A stretch of 64,000 bases of DNA from Zancudomyces culisetae HAW-14-8. Lineage: Eukaryota > Fungi > Kickxellomycota. Numbering within the stretch: position 1 is the stretch's first letter; each line of letters starts with the position of its first letter. A model generated the notes under the pieces. The model ran no database searches and was not told the DNA's origin. It saw only the letters and a program-made list of their open reading frames with translations. Below are positions 12,544 to 24,200 of the stretch, piece by piece. The stretch is from positions 620,001 to 684,000 of the forward strand of contig JBNJNM010000009.1 of assembly GCA_052426225.1 (NCBI GenBank). Reading direction: 5' to 3'. The position numbers and the translations under genes were made by a program.

Positions 12544-12759
12544 TGTTGTATAATTACATGTTTAACGTCCTACTGAGTAATATAATTACCCAGATTATAC
12601 AGGACGGGACTTTTATAACTATTCGCAGGACTATAATTATTTTGGGAGAAAAAGATAATTTATTAATTAATTCAAAACTTTACTATTAAAGAATAAATAT
12701 TACTAATTAATTAACCAATAAAATACAAGATAATAAATTATAGTTTCTATTAAATAACA
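12544..12759 (-). mobile_element. Solo-LTR-like unit U4 (same family as U11, opposite orientation)
   Basis: Its reverse complement aligns along 20441-20663 (for example AAAAGTCCCGTCCTGTATAAT...CAGTAGGACGTTAAACATGT). TG...CA ends. Confidence 0.85.
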
Positions 12760-13120
12760 GACTGTAGTCGTTGTATTCAAAACCCTGTGAGTTCTGAATA
12801 CTAGTCTCTTCACGTGACATACCGGTTCGGGTGTAATCACTGGATATCGATGCACTGCTACCCCGTAGCGTGATGTGCATCAAGGGAGGCTCAGTTGAGC
12901 TATTATCAATATACAATGTCGATGAGATAGTACTCACGGACATTGACTCCGGGCTTCTACGGATTCGAAGTTGACGAACACTTTCCGTCAACTCCCCAAG
13001 TGTTCGGAGGCTTAACACCCCTGTCTCTTGTTCCATGCTACTGCCCCTGGTGCTGTTTGATGTGGTGGAAGAATCGCTCCTAGATCCATTCGCACCTTTA
13101 CCAAAAAGATAGTTGATCAT
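12707..13120 (-). CDS. LTR-encoded Ser-rich small protein, copy 2 (reads through into unit U4)
   Basis: Homologous to ORF 80-457 (M[DE]QETGVLS.RTLGELTESVRQL.IRRSPE.MSVS.IS.TLY...MHITLRGS). Confidence 0.7.
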   Translation of the reverse strand: MINYLFGKGANGSRSDSSTTSNSTRGSSMEQETGVLSLRTLGELTESVRQLRIRRSPESMSVSTISSTLYIDNSSTEPPLMHITLRGSSASISSDYTRTGMSREETSIQNSQGFEYNDYSLLFNRNYNLLSCILLVN

Positions 13121-13544
13121 TATTTTTGTTTTAGTTTTGCTGCTGTTTAAAAATCTTTATTTAGATAATCTTTATTACTAATCCGTATGGTAATTCATGG
13201 ATGATGGTTTCTTTTCCACCATGTATCCTTTAAATATAAACTAATAAAATTAATTTGTTCTCAAAAAATAATATAAACATAATTAAATATAACTTATATA
13301 TAATATTTAGGTATGATAATATTGATGTAGTTTGAAAATGTATTTGAACATTTCCCATACTACATTCATCAATATTGAATGGACGCAGTATGAAGAATTA
13401 ATTTCACACTGTGTCAATTAATTTTATTTTTTTAATTTTTAAATTATGTCAACATTTTAATTCAAACTTTGAAAAATATGGAAATGTATATCCATGCATT
13501 AATACTAGTTGAATATTTTTCTCATTATGATGTAGTATACTACG
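12763..13544 (-). mobile_element. Solo-LTR-like unit U5 carrying a small ORF (U1 family); right boundary approximate
   Basis: Starts TGTAGT. Shares the ORF and an upstream 34-nt hairpin with U1. Probable degenerate end ACTACG near 13544. Confidence 0.7.
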
Positions 13545-13545
13545 A

Positions 13546-13872
13546 TGGGAACTAAAATTTATTGAGATTTATCATCTCAAATTTTATCTATCTAGTTATT
13601 GATTTTTATAGGTTATCTTTATTTTTAGATTGGACCTGTTTCCCCTTGTGGTTTTTGTCCAACGAATATTAGTTATTTATTTTTAGTTATAGTTTGATAG
13701 ATTTTATCAGAAATTGGAGGTAAAAGTAATCCCCCACTTATTTCTAAATAAAAATAATCTTTTAACAAAATAAAATTAAATCTCGCTACAATATATACTA
13801 TTAGTACAACAATATAAATAAATACATTAATAATCATATTTAGAATAAACAATGGGAGCTATTTATTCGACA
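13546..13872 (+). mobile_element. Probable truncated solo-LTR-like unit U6 at the junction of the two arms
   Basis: Ends TTCGACA 5 nt before E3. Its T-rich-then-A-rich profile resembles the plus-strand LTRs. Left terminus not identified. Confidence 0.45.
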
Positions 13873-14241
13873 CATTGTGTCGTATAATATTTTATACTTT
13901 ATATAAATAGTGTATGGCAATTGATGAAATTCAATAGAAATACGTAATCAATATTATTTTAGAAATTGGACTCTATTTTCCTTGGCAATTTTTTTTAGGT
14001 TTTTTAATGAGAAATTTCGATAGTAAGTTTTGGTTCTTATCTTATCTTTTTTGAAAATAAACACATATACTAAGAGTTTGCAATATTTAGCCATTAGTAG
14101 ATATTTTTAAGATCATTATAACGGATTAAGTGAGCCCATTAATCGAAGCCACAAGTAGATTCTACGCCACTTATATCCCTAAAACCAACTTAACTATTTA
14201 ATAAACGGATTTTCTATATAAACATACAAATTCGTTATCAG

Positions 14242-14258
14242 TGGTGATCCAGTCAGGA
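14242..14258 (+). other. Primer-binding site of E3 (tRNA-Val-like)
   Basis: TGGTGATCCAGTCAGGA is complementary to ...TCCTGACTGGATCACCA, resembling fungal tRNA-Val(UAC) 3' ends. Confidence 0.7.
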
Positions 14259-14301
14259 CATAATTTGCTTGTGAAAAAACTTTAATGCAGATTAAAAACT
14301 A

Positions 14302-17300
14302 ATGATTTCTATAGAGAAATTTTGTGCCGCTACAATCGACGATCCAAAAGAGTGGATCAAAGGATTCAGGCTATTCTTTAAACTAAATAGATATGACGAG
14401 GAGGATGGGATAGATTTAGTTCAGTTCTATCTCGGTATTCAAGAAAAGATATGGTATTTGAGAAACAGAAAAAAGTTTACAAACTGGGAAGAGTTAAAGA
14501 AGCTATTTATTGAGAGGTTTGTCAGTAAGACATCAGATCATAAGGCTATAGAGAAGTTGAAGAATATTAACCAGCAAGATTTTGACTCCACAGACGAGTT
14601 CGTTTTTTCTTTAGAATTGGCACTATCTAAGTGCAGTATAAATGAAGAAGCACAAAAAGTAAATTGATTAATCAGTGCGGCAAGCCCTAGAAGTCGGTCA
14701 AGAATTTTGGAATCTGAATCGCGCGAATGGGACAAAGTAGTTAGTTTAATCACTACTAGTTTCGAACCTTCGGCAGACAGCCGCAATTCAGACGTGCCAC
14801 GAGATAGCAATAACAACCAGTATCGCACACAAGGAACAGGAAAGTCTATAAAGGAAATGACAGAGCAAAAAATTGGTTATAATGAAATGTTATCAAAGAT
14901 GGAAGAGTGGAGTGTGAATATTCTGACTAAGGTAGAGGAAGTAGTAGAGAAAAAAGTGGACAAGCTACTTAGTGAAAGGGTTTACCAGCGTCAGCAAAGA
15001 ACTCCATATTGCACCAACTGTAAGGTTTCAGGCCACTATAGACACCAATGCACTTCCGCTACTCCTAGCAAACCGGATAATGACCAACCTAAAAAAGAAC
15101 TTAACACTATTGAAGTTGTTTCCGATAATGAAGTAGATAATGATTTTTATTTGGTACAAAGACCTAAGCCAAATAAACAGGTAAACAAACCATATTCAAA
15201 AAATAAAACTCTAGTAGATAAAAAATTACCTGAAGTGAATAAACCTACTTCAGTAATTAAAACAATAAAGTATGTTAAAATGGAGGAGATAACGATATAA
15301 AAATGAATACAGAGAGTTCAGTGACAAAGCAAGTTGAAAACAGTACAAATAAAAAAGTAAAGTATGGCACTCGAATTTCAGAAAACATAACTCCATTCAA
15401 CATACAAAAGGATTTAAATCAATATTATCCAAAAATCAGTTTAGCACAACTTTTAGACGCATCCCCAACACTCAGTTCAGAATTAAGTGCTCTGTGTAAA
15501 AAGGTTAAAAAACTAGATATAAATGAAATCAGAGTACTTCCTCAGAAAATTAGCAATTGTCGAGTGCTAGTTTCAGTTTTTAACAGGAAATACTGGGCAG
15601 TGGTGGACACAGGTGCTGCGTGCTCAGTGACTACACCAGCTATAGCAGAACAATGGGGTTTGGAGCCAAATGAGTGGACTAAACAGGTGTTGGTGACAGC
15701 TGACGGAAGTAGACATTTGACAGGAGGTGTACTTAATAGAGTCCCTATAGTAATTGGAAATCACACTTTTGAAGCCGAGTTTATTGTAATGAACCGTAAA
15801 GATAATACTTTAATTTTAGGCAACGACTGGCTCTATCGACATCATGCAGTTCTTGATCCTCGTAGTGGCGAGTTAAAAATGAATACTTACTCCGAACTTT
15901 TGATAGTACCAATGAAGTCTTTAGCCGAGAAGTCTGAAAGTATTACGTTAGACTCAGAACTGTACTTACTGTTAAAGGCAGATGAAGTAATAGACTTGAA
16001 GAACGCATTTAGCGATCCACGTTTAACAGAGTTAAAAGAATTAAATAAAGATTTATTTGTTAGTGACATAGGTGAATTAACACAAACAGATACAACCGAA
16101 CATCGAATTGAATTAACGGATAACACACCGATTAAACAACGTCCGTACCGTATACCCCATCATATGTTACAGCTAGTACGAAACGAATTGACTGAGATGG
16201 AAGCGAAAGGAATTATTTCTCCCTGTTACTCCGAGTGGTGTTTTCCTGTAGTGATTGTACGCAAAAAAAACGGTAAACTCAGAATCTGTGCCGATTACAG
16301 AAAGTAAAATAATGTCACCAAAAAAGATGCGTATCCACTGCCAACTATTGACGACATCTTTATGACTCTTTCGGGAAATATAATATTCACTAGCCTTGAT
16401 GCCCTCAGTGGCTTTTGGCAGATAAAAATGGCGGAAAAAGATCGAATGAAAACAGCGTTTGCAATCCCCGGCAGCGGTAGCTATTGCTACAACGTTATGC
16501 CCTTCGGCTTAACCAATAGTCCGGCATCCTTTCAGCGTCTTATGGAGGTTGCATTGGCTCCAGTTCTGTGAAAAACTGCTGTTGTGTTTATAGACGACGT
16601 CATAATTTATTCTAAATCTATCGAGCAACATTTAGTACATCTACAAGAGGTATTTGATTTATTACGAGAAAATAAAATTCAGTTACATGCTGACAAGTGT
16701 CAAATAGGTATGAAGAAGATCAGCTACTTGGGACACATGGTATCCGCAGAAGGAATAAGTACAAGCAGCAAAAAAATAGTAGCGATAAGGGAAGCTAAAA
16801 CTCCTACAAACGTAAGAGAGTTGCAGTCGTTTCTGGGTCTAACCGGCTATTATCGGAAGTTTGTCGACAACTATGCGTTAAAATCAGCACCCTTAGTTAA
16901 GTTGTTAAAGAAGACAGAAGTATGGAACTGGACAAACTTACAGGACGAAGCGGTACAGAAGCTAAAAGATAGTTTGAGTAGTGCACCTACACTAATACAC
17001 CCTAATTGGGATGAAGAGTTTATTCTGACTACCGACGCTTCTATCGAGGGAATCGGTGCTATCTTGTCGCAGAAGATCGAAGGCGGTGAAAAACCTATAG
17101 GTTATGCTAGCAAAGCTACAAACAAACACGAGCGAAATTATTCGGTCACTCACCTTGAGGGTCTTGCTGTAGTCTGGGGCGTCAACAAATTCAAACACTA
17201 TTTACGGAGTAAACATTTTTTAATACGAACAGACCACAAGTCACTAGTTAACCTATTTAATAGTAAAGAAGTTACCGGTCGTGTCGCTCGATGGGCGATG

Positions 17301-18617
17301 ATTTTGCGAAATTACAATTATACAATCATACACTGTGAAGGTAAATCGAATCCGGGTGACGCCTTGTCGAGATTAGAGGTTGTTACAACGTCGGAAGAAA
17401 CACTTGATATATTTGAATTACATTTTTTATCTTATGAATCTATAAAACACTATTTATTAAACAATCTTATTTGTTCGAAATGAGCAAAACACAAAAAACA
17501 AAGTCAAAAAAAAAGCAAAAAATTATAAAATTATACAAAACAGTTTATTTAAAATTAGCAAAGGAGTTTGGAAAAAAGTTTTATATAACAGCGAAATAGA
17601 AGATATAGTAAAACAGGTACACGAAGAAAATCATGAGGGCATAGAAAACACCTGGCGGAGAGTTAGCAGAGAGTATACAGGCAACAGACTATTCGAAACA
17701 GTGAAAAAAACCGTCAAGGAGTGTCTAACTTGTCAAAGTTATCAAGGGCATCGCACTAAGCGCAACGAGCTACAGCCTATTTATGTGTACAAACCTTTTA
17801 GTATTTTTGGTCTCGATGCTATTGGACCAATAAGTCCAATATCTAAGCATGGCAATCGTTTTATACTTACTGGTATCGACTATTTCACGAAGTGGCCTGT
17901 CGCGGAGGCAGTACAAAACATCCAGTCAGACACTATAATAAACTTTATTATCACTCATATAGTTAAAGATTTTGGTACACCAGATCAGATTATCACTGAC
18001 AGAGGTGCTGGCTTTATTAGTGAAGCTGCGGACAACTTTTATAAATATTTAGGTATACGACACACACCGACAACTTCCTACCGACCGCAAAGTAATGGTC
18101 AGGTAGAACGTCTAAACCAGACCTTAAAAAACATTCTAGCTAGACAGTGCAAGAAGGATAAAGAAAACTGGGACACTTACATGTGGAAAAGTCTCTTAGC
18201 AATTCGAACAATGCGTAATCGCAGTACAGGCTATAGTCCCGCTGAACTTCTTTACGGTGTTAAAATCACTACACCGGCAGTATGGTCTCCTCCAGCTGAG
18301 TCGAGCGATCTTGACTCCGCTATACAGGAAAGAATCGAAGCTATCGGAACAAATATACCGGAACTAAGAAATATAGGGTTATCTCGCAGTGTTAAAGCTA
18401 AGCAGATTATGAAATCACATTATGACAAAAACATTACAAATTTCAAATTTAAAGTATATGAGATGGTTATGAAGCTTGTAGAACACGTCACAGACAAGTT
18501 TCAAGAAGTATGGGAGGGCCCATACAAGATAGTACAAAAATTAAATTTTGGAGCTTACACAATCATGGATTCAGATGGCAATCGCGACATCGTCAATGGA
18601 GATTCCCTAAAGCAATT
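14302..18617 (+). pseudogene. Gag-Pol polyprotein of E3 (in-frame stops, two frameshifts, truncated)
   Basis: Fragments carry CTNCKVSGHYRHQC, VDTGA, FIDD, TDAS, integrase and GPY. Stops at 14665, 16305 and 16569. Frame changes near 15300 and 17480. Confidence 0.9.
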
Positions 18618-18849
18618 AATTTCGATAGTAAGTTTTGGTTCTTATCTTATCTTTTTAGAAAATAAACACATATACTAAGAGTTTGCACTATTTAGCCATT
18701 AGTAGATATTTTTAAGATCATTAAAACGGATTAAGTGAGCTCATTAATCGAAGCGACAAGTAGATTCTACGCCACTTATATCCCTAAAACCAACTTAACT
18801 ATTTAATAAACGGATTTTCTATATTAACATACAAATTCGTTAACACACA

Positions 18850-19252
18850 TGTCATATAGCGAAATGTATGTGTTGGATTTTTTTCCGAAAGGTTTTTTTT
18901 ATCCAATCTAACACCTATCAATAGTTTATTTTTATTCTTAATTATTTAGTATTTAATATCAAAAAATGGCACGTAGGTGCAGAGAAAAAACAACATATAT
19001 AATTAGTTTTTTGAATCTAACTTTTTTTACATAATCAATAACTATTAGTTTTATTCTTATTACCTAATAGCACTATCGTAAATAAACAAATCAAGATTAA
19101 TAGTATAAGTATCTAAGTATAAATATAATAATTAAAACATAAACAAGCATACACGGTTAAGATACTAGCTACACAACCGGAACCAGAAGTAGCTGAATTA
19201 AACAGCAGGCTACTCAAACGTACTGATCAGATAGTACATAAAAAATATAACA
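18850..19252 (+). mobile_element. Solo-LTR-like unit U7
   Basis: TGTCATATAG...TATAACA. Exact TSD CACA at 18846-18849 and 19253-19256. Confidence 0.8.
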
Positions 19253-19257
19253 CACAT

Positions 19258-19810
19258 TGTTATATAATGAGTAAACATACCTATATGTTTATCATTTATA
19301 TAAATATTTATATGATTTTATGATATTTTCTTGTAAATATTTATTATTTATCATATTATACTTAATTGTTTGACTTAATTGTTTAATATTTGTTTGTAGT
19401 TTATACATATTTATTTATTATTAGTAAACACAGAAGTAGTCTGTGCATATTTTATTAGTATATTTTAAGTAGTATTTGTTTATGCAAATCATGAATGTTT
19501 GCATATGTTTATTTATTTGTAAAAATCATGTTTAGTTTTTTTATCTTTATGGTTTTTCTATGACATGATAAGAAAGTAAAAAAAAAGTAGTTTATTAGTA
19601 TAAATTAATTTCTATTAGTATTTGAATTTTGTATAAATAGGTTGTTTAAAAGACCTAATAGAAAAATACCAATTTAATAAAGTTGGTTCTACACAGGAAC
19701 TTATAGTATTATAGTGAAAACTTATAATAAAATAGTATATAGTATAATTACTAAAATAGTTTCCAACTAATTGATAAAACAAAAATTCTCAATCTGAGCT
19801 TTTGATAACA
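19258..19810 (+). mobile_element. Solo-LTR-like unit U8
   Basis: TGTTAT...ATAACA. TSD ACAT at 19254-19257 and 19811-19814. Confidence 0.78.
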
Positions 19811-19813
19811 ACA

Positions 19814-20067
19814 TGTTGTATGCCTACAATAGGTGAAACATTTCCATTGGTTAATTGTGTTTTGTAATTTTTAGTTAGATTTTTTGTAGATTTTATTGTA
19901 TAAAATTGAAATTTTTGTTTAACTAAATAAATGTCCTCTTTTGCCTAATCAAAATAACTATATAATAATTCGCAGCATATAGTAAAAGGTAAGTAAAATG
20001 ACCCATCCCGTGTGTTATTTGGTGTAAAAAACACTAAATGGGACGTTAAACATGGCAACACACAACA
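19814..20067 (+). mobile_element. Solo-LTR-like unit U9
   Basis: TGTTGT...ACAACA. Its 3' end GGACGTTAAACATGGCAACACACAACA resembles the end of U11. An alternative end at 20060 would give a CACA duplication. Confidence 0.7.
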
Positions 20068-20070
20068 AAC

Positions 20071-20436
20071 TGTCGTATAGTGCCAAATACGACTTTATTC
20101 AAACATTTTTAGTTATTTTAATACTTAGTTTTATTGGTTAATTGAAATAATATTTTTTAGGAATTTTATTGGTTTAATTACGTAACCGTAAATAAGTGAA
20201 ATTATTTCGGTTTCGATTCAAAATATATTTAGTATTTATTTTAGAGGAAGGAGAAAAGAGAGAGATATCAGATTCGAGATATAACAATAAAAATAGGTTT
20301 TGGAAATTCAACGTAATTATTGATTACGCGATTCAACGACTATATAGTATTTAAAATATAACGATAATACTAGTTATTGAACAATTATATATATATATTA
20401 AACAAATAAAGTATAAATAAATTCATTTATACAACA
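20071..20436 (+). mobile_element. Solo-LTR-like unit U10
   Basis: TGTCGTATA...TATACAACA. TSD AAAC at 20067-20070 and 20437-20440. Confidence 0.8.
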
Positions 20437-20440
20437 AAAC

Positions 20441-20663
20441 TGTTATATAGTGGAATTATATACCTGTATTTCCTTGTATTTTATTGGTTAATTTAATAAG
20501 TATTATTTTAAGCATTAAATAGTCTAGTTTTGAATTAATTAATAAATTGTCTTTTTCTCCCACAATAATTATAGTACTATTATATAATAATAAAAGTCCC
20601 GTCCTGTATAATACTGGGTTATTATATTACTCAGTAGGACGTTAAACATGTAAATATACAACA
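20441..20663 (+). mobile_element. Solo-LTR-like unit U11
   Basis: TGTTATATA...TATACAACA. TSD AAAC at 20437-20440 and 20664-20667. Homologous to U4. Confidence 0.85.
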
Positions 20664-20667
20664 AAAC

Positions 20668-21056
20668 TGTCGCATCAAAGATCGACAGATGGGCGTCTCA
20701 CTCGGGTTATAGCGAGTGAGATGTGATGATTTACCTAGTGCTTTTCACCTATGAGGTTTTTCACTATGCGTAAATCATCATTTCCCAAATATTAATTAAT
20801 TTCGGATGGTTTTTATATTATTCATAGTATTTTAATATATTAGTATATACGAGGAAAATGCATTTAAGCACTGCTTTTTCTCTTCTATGTTTTTAGCATC
20901 TTATTTTCGGATTAGTATATAGTATACACTTTATTATAATAAAACAATATTAACAAAAGAACTAAGGTCCTACCGCTTACTGGTAGTAAATAAACATAAT
21001 ACTAGTGAAAGCAGTAAAGTCGGATAAGACCGACAAACGGAAAATAAATTCCGACA
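20668..21056 (+). repeat. 5' LTR of E4
   Basis: Direct repeat of 25603-25991, TGTCG...CGACA. Confidence 0.97.
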
Positions 21057-21057
21057 G

Positions 21058-21075
21058 TGGGGGCTTGACCGGGGA
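21058..21075 (+). other. Primer-binding site of E4 (tRNA-Pro-like)
   Basis: TGGGGGCTTGACCGGGGA is complementary to ...TCCCCGGTCAAGCCCCCA, typical of tRNA-Pro. Confidence 0.75.
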
Positions 21076-21214
21076 CAGCCAAAAACATCTTAATAAAGAA
21101 AATAAAAATTCAAAAAATAATAATAAAGTATTAATTAACCAGCACACAGTTGTCGAAAGTATTACCAATACTAAGACACTACGAGAATTTGTCAATTCTA
21201 AGAGACCAGAAATC

Positions 21215-24200
21215 ATGCAGTTACCAAAATTTGATTCCAAATCCATGATGGATGCTACAGAATGGATTGAAGACTACGAGTTATTAGCATCGTACAACAG
21301 GTGGAGTGATACAGAGAAAGTGGAGTTTATGCGCATTTACTTAGGAACCAAGGAGACCATTTGGTTTAGGAAGTACAAAGGAAAATTCAATAACTGGGAA
21401 ACCACTAAGACAATGTTTACAAACAAGTTCAAAGAAGAGGACAGCAAGTATGCAGTGTGGGAGAAACTCAACGGAATGAAGTTAGACGAATACCAGGACA
21501 TGGATGAGTTTGAATGGGAGTTAGAGGAGTTATTTGAGAGGGCAGGAATTAAGGATGATGACTACAAACTTAATTGTTTTGTAAGAACAATTAACACATC
21601 ACTGAGAACCCAAATAAACAGTACCAATCCCAAAACATGGGAAGAGGCTTTTGTTCTGATTAAAAACCTTTTAACTACAAAACAAGTGAACAAAGTTGTC
21701 GTTAAGGACAGTACACAAAGATATACTGGAATTTCAGTAGGGCCAGTTATGGAGAAGTCGCAAATAAAAGAAGAAGAATTGGAAAGCAAGATTGAGGACA
21801 GGTTGCTAGGCAGGTTGGAGAAATTATTTGCAGCACAGCGTGCAGATATTAATGCAGACGTAGATAAATTAATCGAGTGTAGGTTCAAGGAGCGAGATGA
21901 ACGTGATAGGAGACAAGGACAGTATAACAAGATTGTGTGTGAATCTTGCGGAATACGAGGGCATAATAAATATGAGTGCAGAAGAAGAAATGGTGGTACA
22001 AACAACCGCGAGGACCAAAAGGTAACTAACCCAAATGTGAATATAGTGGAGTTAGTAGAAGAAGCGGGGAACGTTGATGAAGAAGTTTTTGCACTTGAGA
22101 AACGCCGCAGAGAGAGTGAAAGTTCACAGAGGGAAAGCGGAAAACGTAGTAAAAATAATAACCAAGAAGGACAAGTTTCATTGCAAAATATTGAACCCAG
22201 TGATCCAACAAACTTACTTGCAGATACTAATAACAACACAAATATTAGAGCAGCTAGTAAAAACGAGTTTTCACTGGCCGAAGAGTTGAAAAAAATGCAG
22301 ATCAAAATATCCTTACCTCAACTTTTGGATATTTCTCCAGCAATGTGCGACGAGTTTTACACGTTTGGAATTTCGGCAAGGCGGCCCGACGTTAACGAGT
22401 TAGTCGTTGACAGCATGCAAAGCACCAACTGTAAGGTTAAAGTAACTATTTTTGGAGTAGTAGCGGCTGCCGTAATCGATACAGGAGCTGCATGCTCGAT
22501 AATAACTTTAAAATTATTAAATAAATGTGGAATTGAGGCGGACAAGAAAAGTACTCAGTCTATAATCACAGCAGACGGCAATCGCCATCCGGTACTGGGT
22601 ATTGTACATGACGTACCTATAAAAATATCAGATACAACTTTTCCAATAAACTTACTGATTATCAACCGTGATGACGATGCGCTTATTTTAGGAACCGATT
22701 GGCTCGTAAAATATAAAGTAAAAATTGATCTTTCAGTTCCAAAGTTAATACTACCTCTGGAAAATTCGGATATCCACATAATGCTTAATCTTTTTATACC
22801 AGTCGAATTAAGTAATCACAAAGAAACGGAGGTCTATTTTTTATTAAAAGAATGTCAAAGTGAATCAGATGAAGACATTATTTTAAAAAATATGTATACA
22901 GATCTTTTGGAAGAATATAAAGATATTTTTGTAAGTGATCTGCAAGAGCTAACACAAACAACAGTAGCCGAACATATAATTACATTAACTGATAATAATC
23001 CAATCAAGCTCCGACCTTATAGAATACCCAAAACATTGCAAGAGGAAGTTAAAAAGGAACTTAAGCTCATGGAAGAAAAAAAAATCATATCACCATCGCA
23101 ATCGGATTGGTGTTCTCCACTGGTGGTGGTGTGGAAGAAAAACGGGAAGATGAGGATCTGTACAGACTACAGACGTCTTAATGCTATAACCAAGAAAGAC
23201 GCATACCCTCTCCCATCGGTGGAAGACCTATTCATGGCGTTGTCAGGTGCTAGAATATTTAGCACACTTGACGCCATGAGTGGGTTTTGGCAGATCAAAT
23301 TAAGAGAACAGGATAAAGAGAAGACAGCGTTCTCCATTCCAGGACACGGAAGCTTCCATTATAACGTCATGCCGTTTGGCTTAACCAACAGCCCGGCAAC
23401 GTTTCAAAGGACCATGGAGAAGGTCCTGTCCCCAGTTTTGTGGAAGTCAGCAATAGTTTTTGTAGATGATGTAGTTGTGTTTTCTGACTCTCCAGAACAG
23501 CACAAAGAAGATCTTAGGACAGTATTTAACCTATTTAAAACGCAAAAAATCCAACTGCATAGAGACAAGTGTCATATTGGAAAAAGGGAAATCGAGTATT
23601 TAGGTCACCACATTAGTGACAAGGGAATTTCAACCAGTAAAAGTAAAGTTGAATCAATAAGTAAAATAATAGCACCAACTAATGTTAAAGAATTACAATC
23701 AGTATTGGGATTATTAGGTTACTACCGTAAATTTGTAAACAACTTTGCGAGCATCGCTAAACCACTTACAACATTATTAAGAAAAAATACAGCATGGAGT
23801 TGGGACAATGAGAAACAAGAGTCACTAAATATTTTGAAGCAGGCATTGATGGAAGCACCTGTTCTAATACATCCGGACTGGACAAAGCCATTTGTCATAA
23901 CCACAGACGCAAGCAAAAACGGTATAGGCGCAATTTTATCACAAATGACTGCAACTGGTGAGAGACCAATCGAATATATCAGCAGAACCACAAACGTTCA
24001 CGAACAGAATTATTCCATCTCACACCTCGAAGGACTTGCAGTGGTGTGGGCTGTGACAAAATTTAAGTACTACATTTGGGGAACCAGGTTTACAATACGA
24101 ACCGATCACAAATCACTTATGCAACTATTCAACAGCGCAGAAATCACAGGTAGGCTGGCCCGGTGGGCCATGATTTTGCGTAACTATGATTACGACTTGG

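Larger units (their letters stand above)
13878..18845 (+). mobile_element. Ty3/Gypsy LTR retrotransposon E3 (degenerate, tRNA-Val-type PBS, 3' deletion)
   Basis: 5' LTR at 13878-14240 and PBS at 14242-14258. The 3' LTR remnant at 18618-18845 matches 14013-14240. The PPT and integrase tail are deleted. Confidence 0.92.

Noticed and set aside
15280-15310. Programmed gag/pol frameshift or stop-restart in E3
   Set aside because: The three sister elements have one continuous frame, and a 1-nt deletion in this degraded copy explains it.
18846-20667. CRISPR array or integron cassette array
   Set aside because: There are no constant repeats, attC sites, cas genes or a tyrosine integrase, and the context is eukaryotic. 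The units are TG...CA LTR-like with TSDs, so the resemblance is only an analogy.
21005-21214. GTG start at 21005 as the true E4 Gag-Pol start
   Set aside because: The ATG at 21215 aligns with sister Gag starts and the extension is AT-rich low complexity. It is kept only as circumstantial phase evidence.
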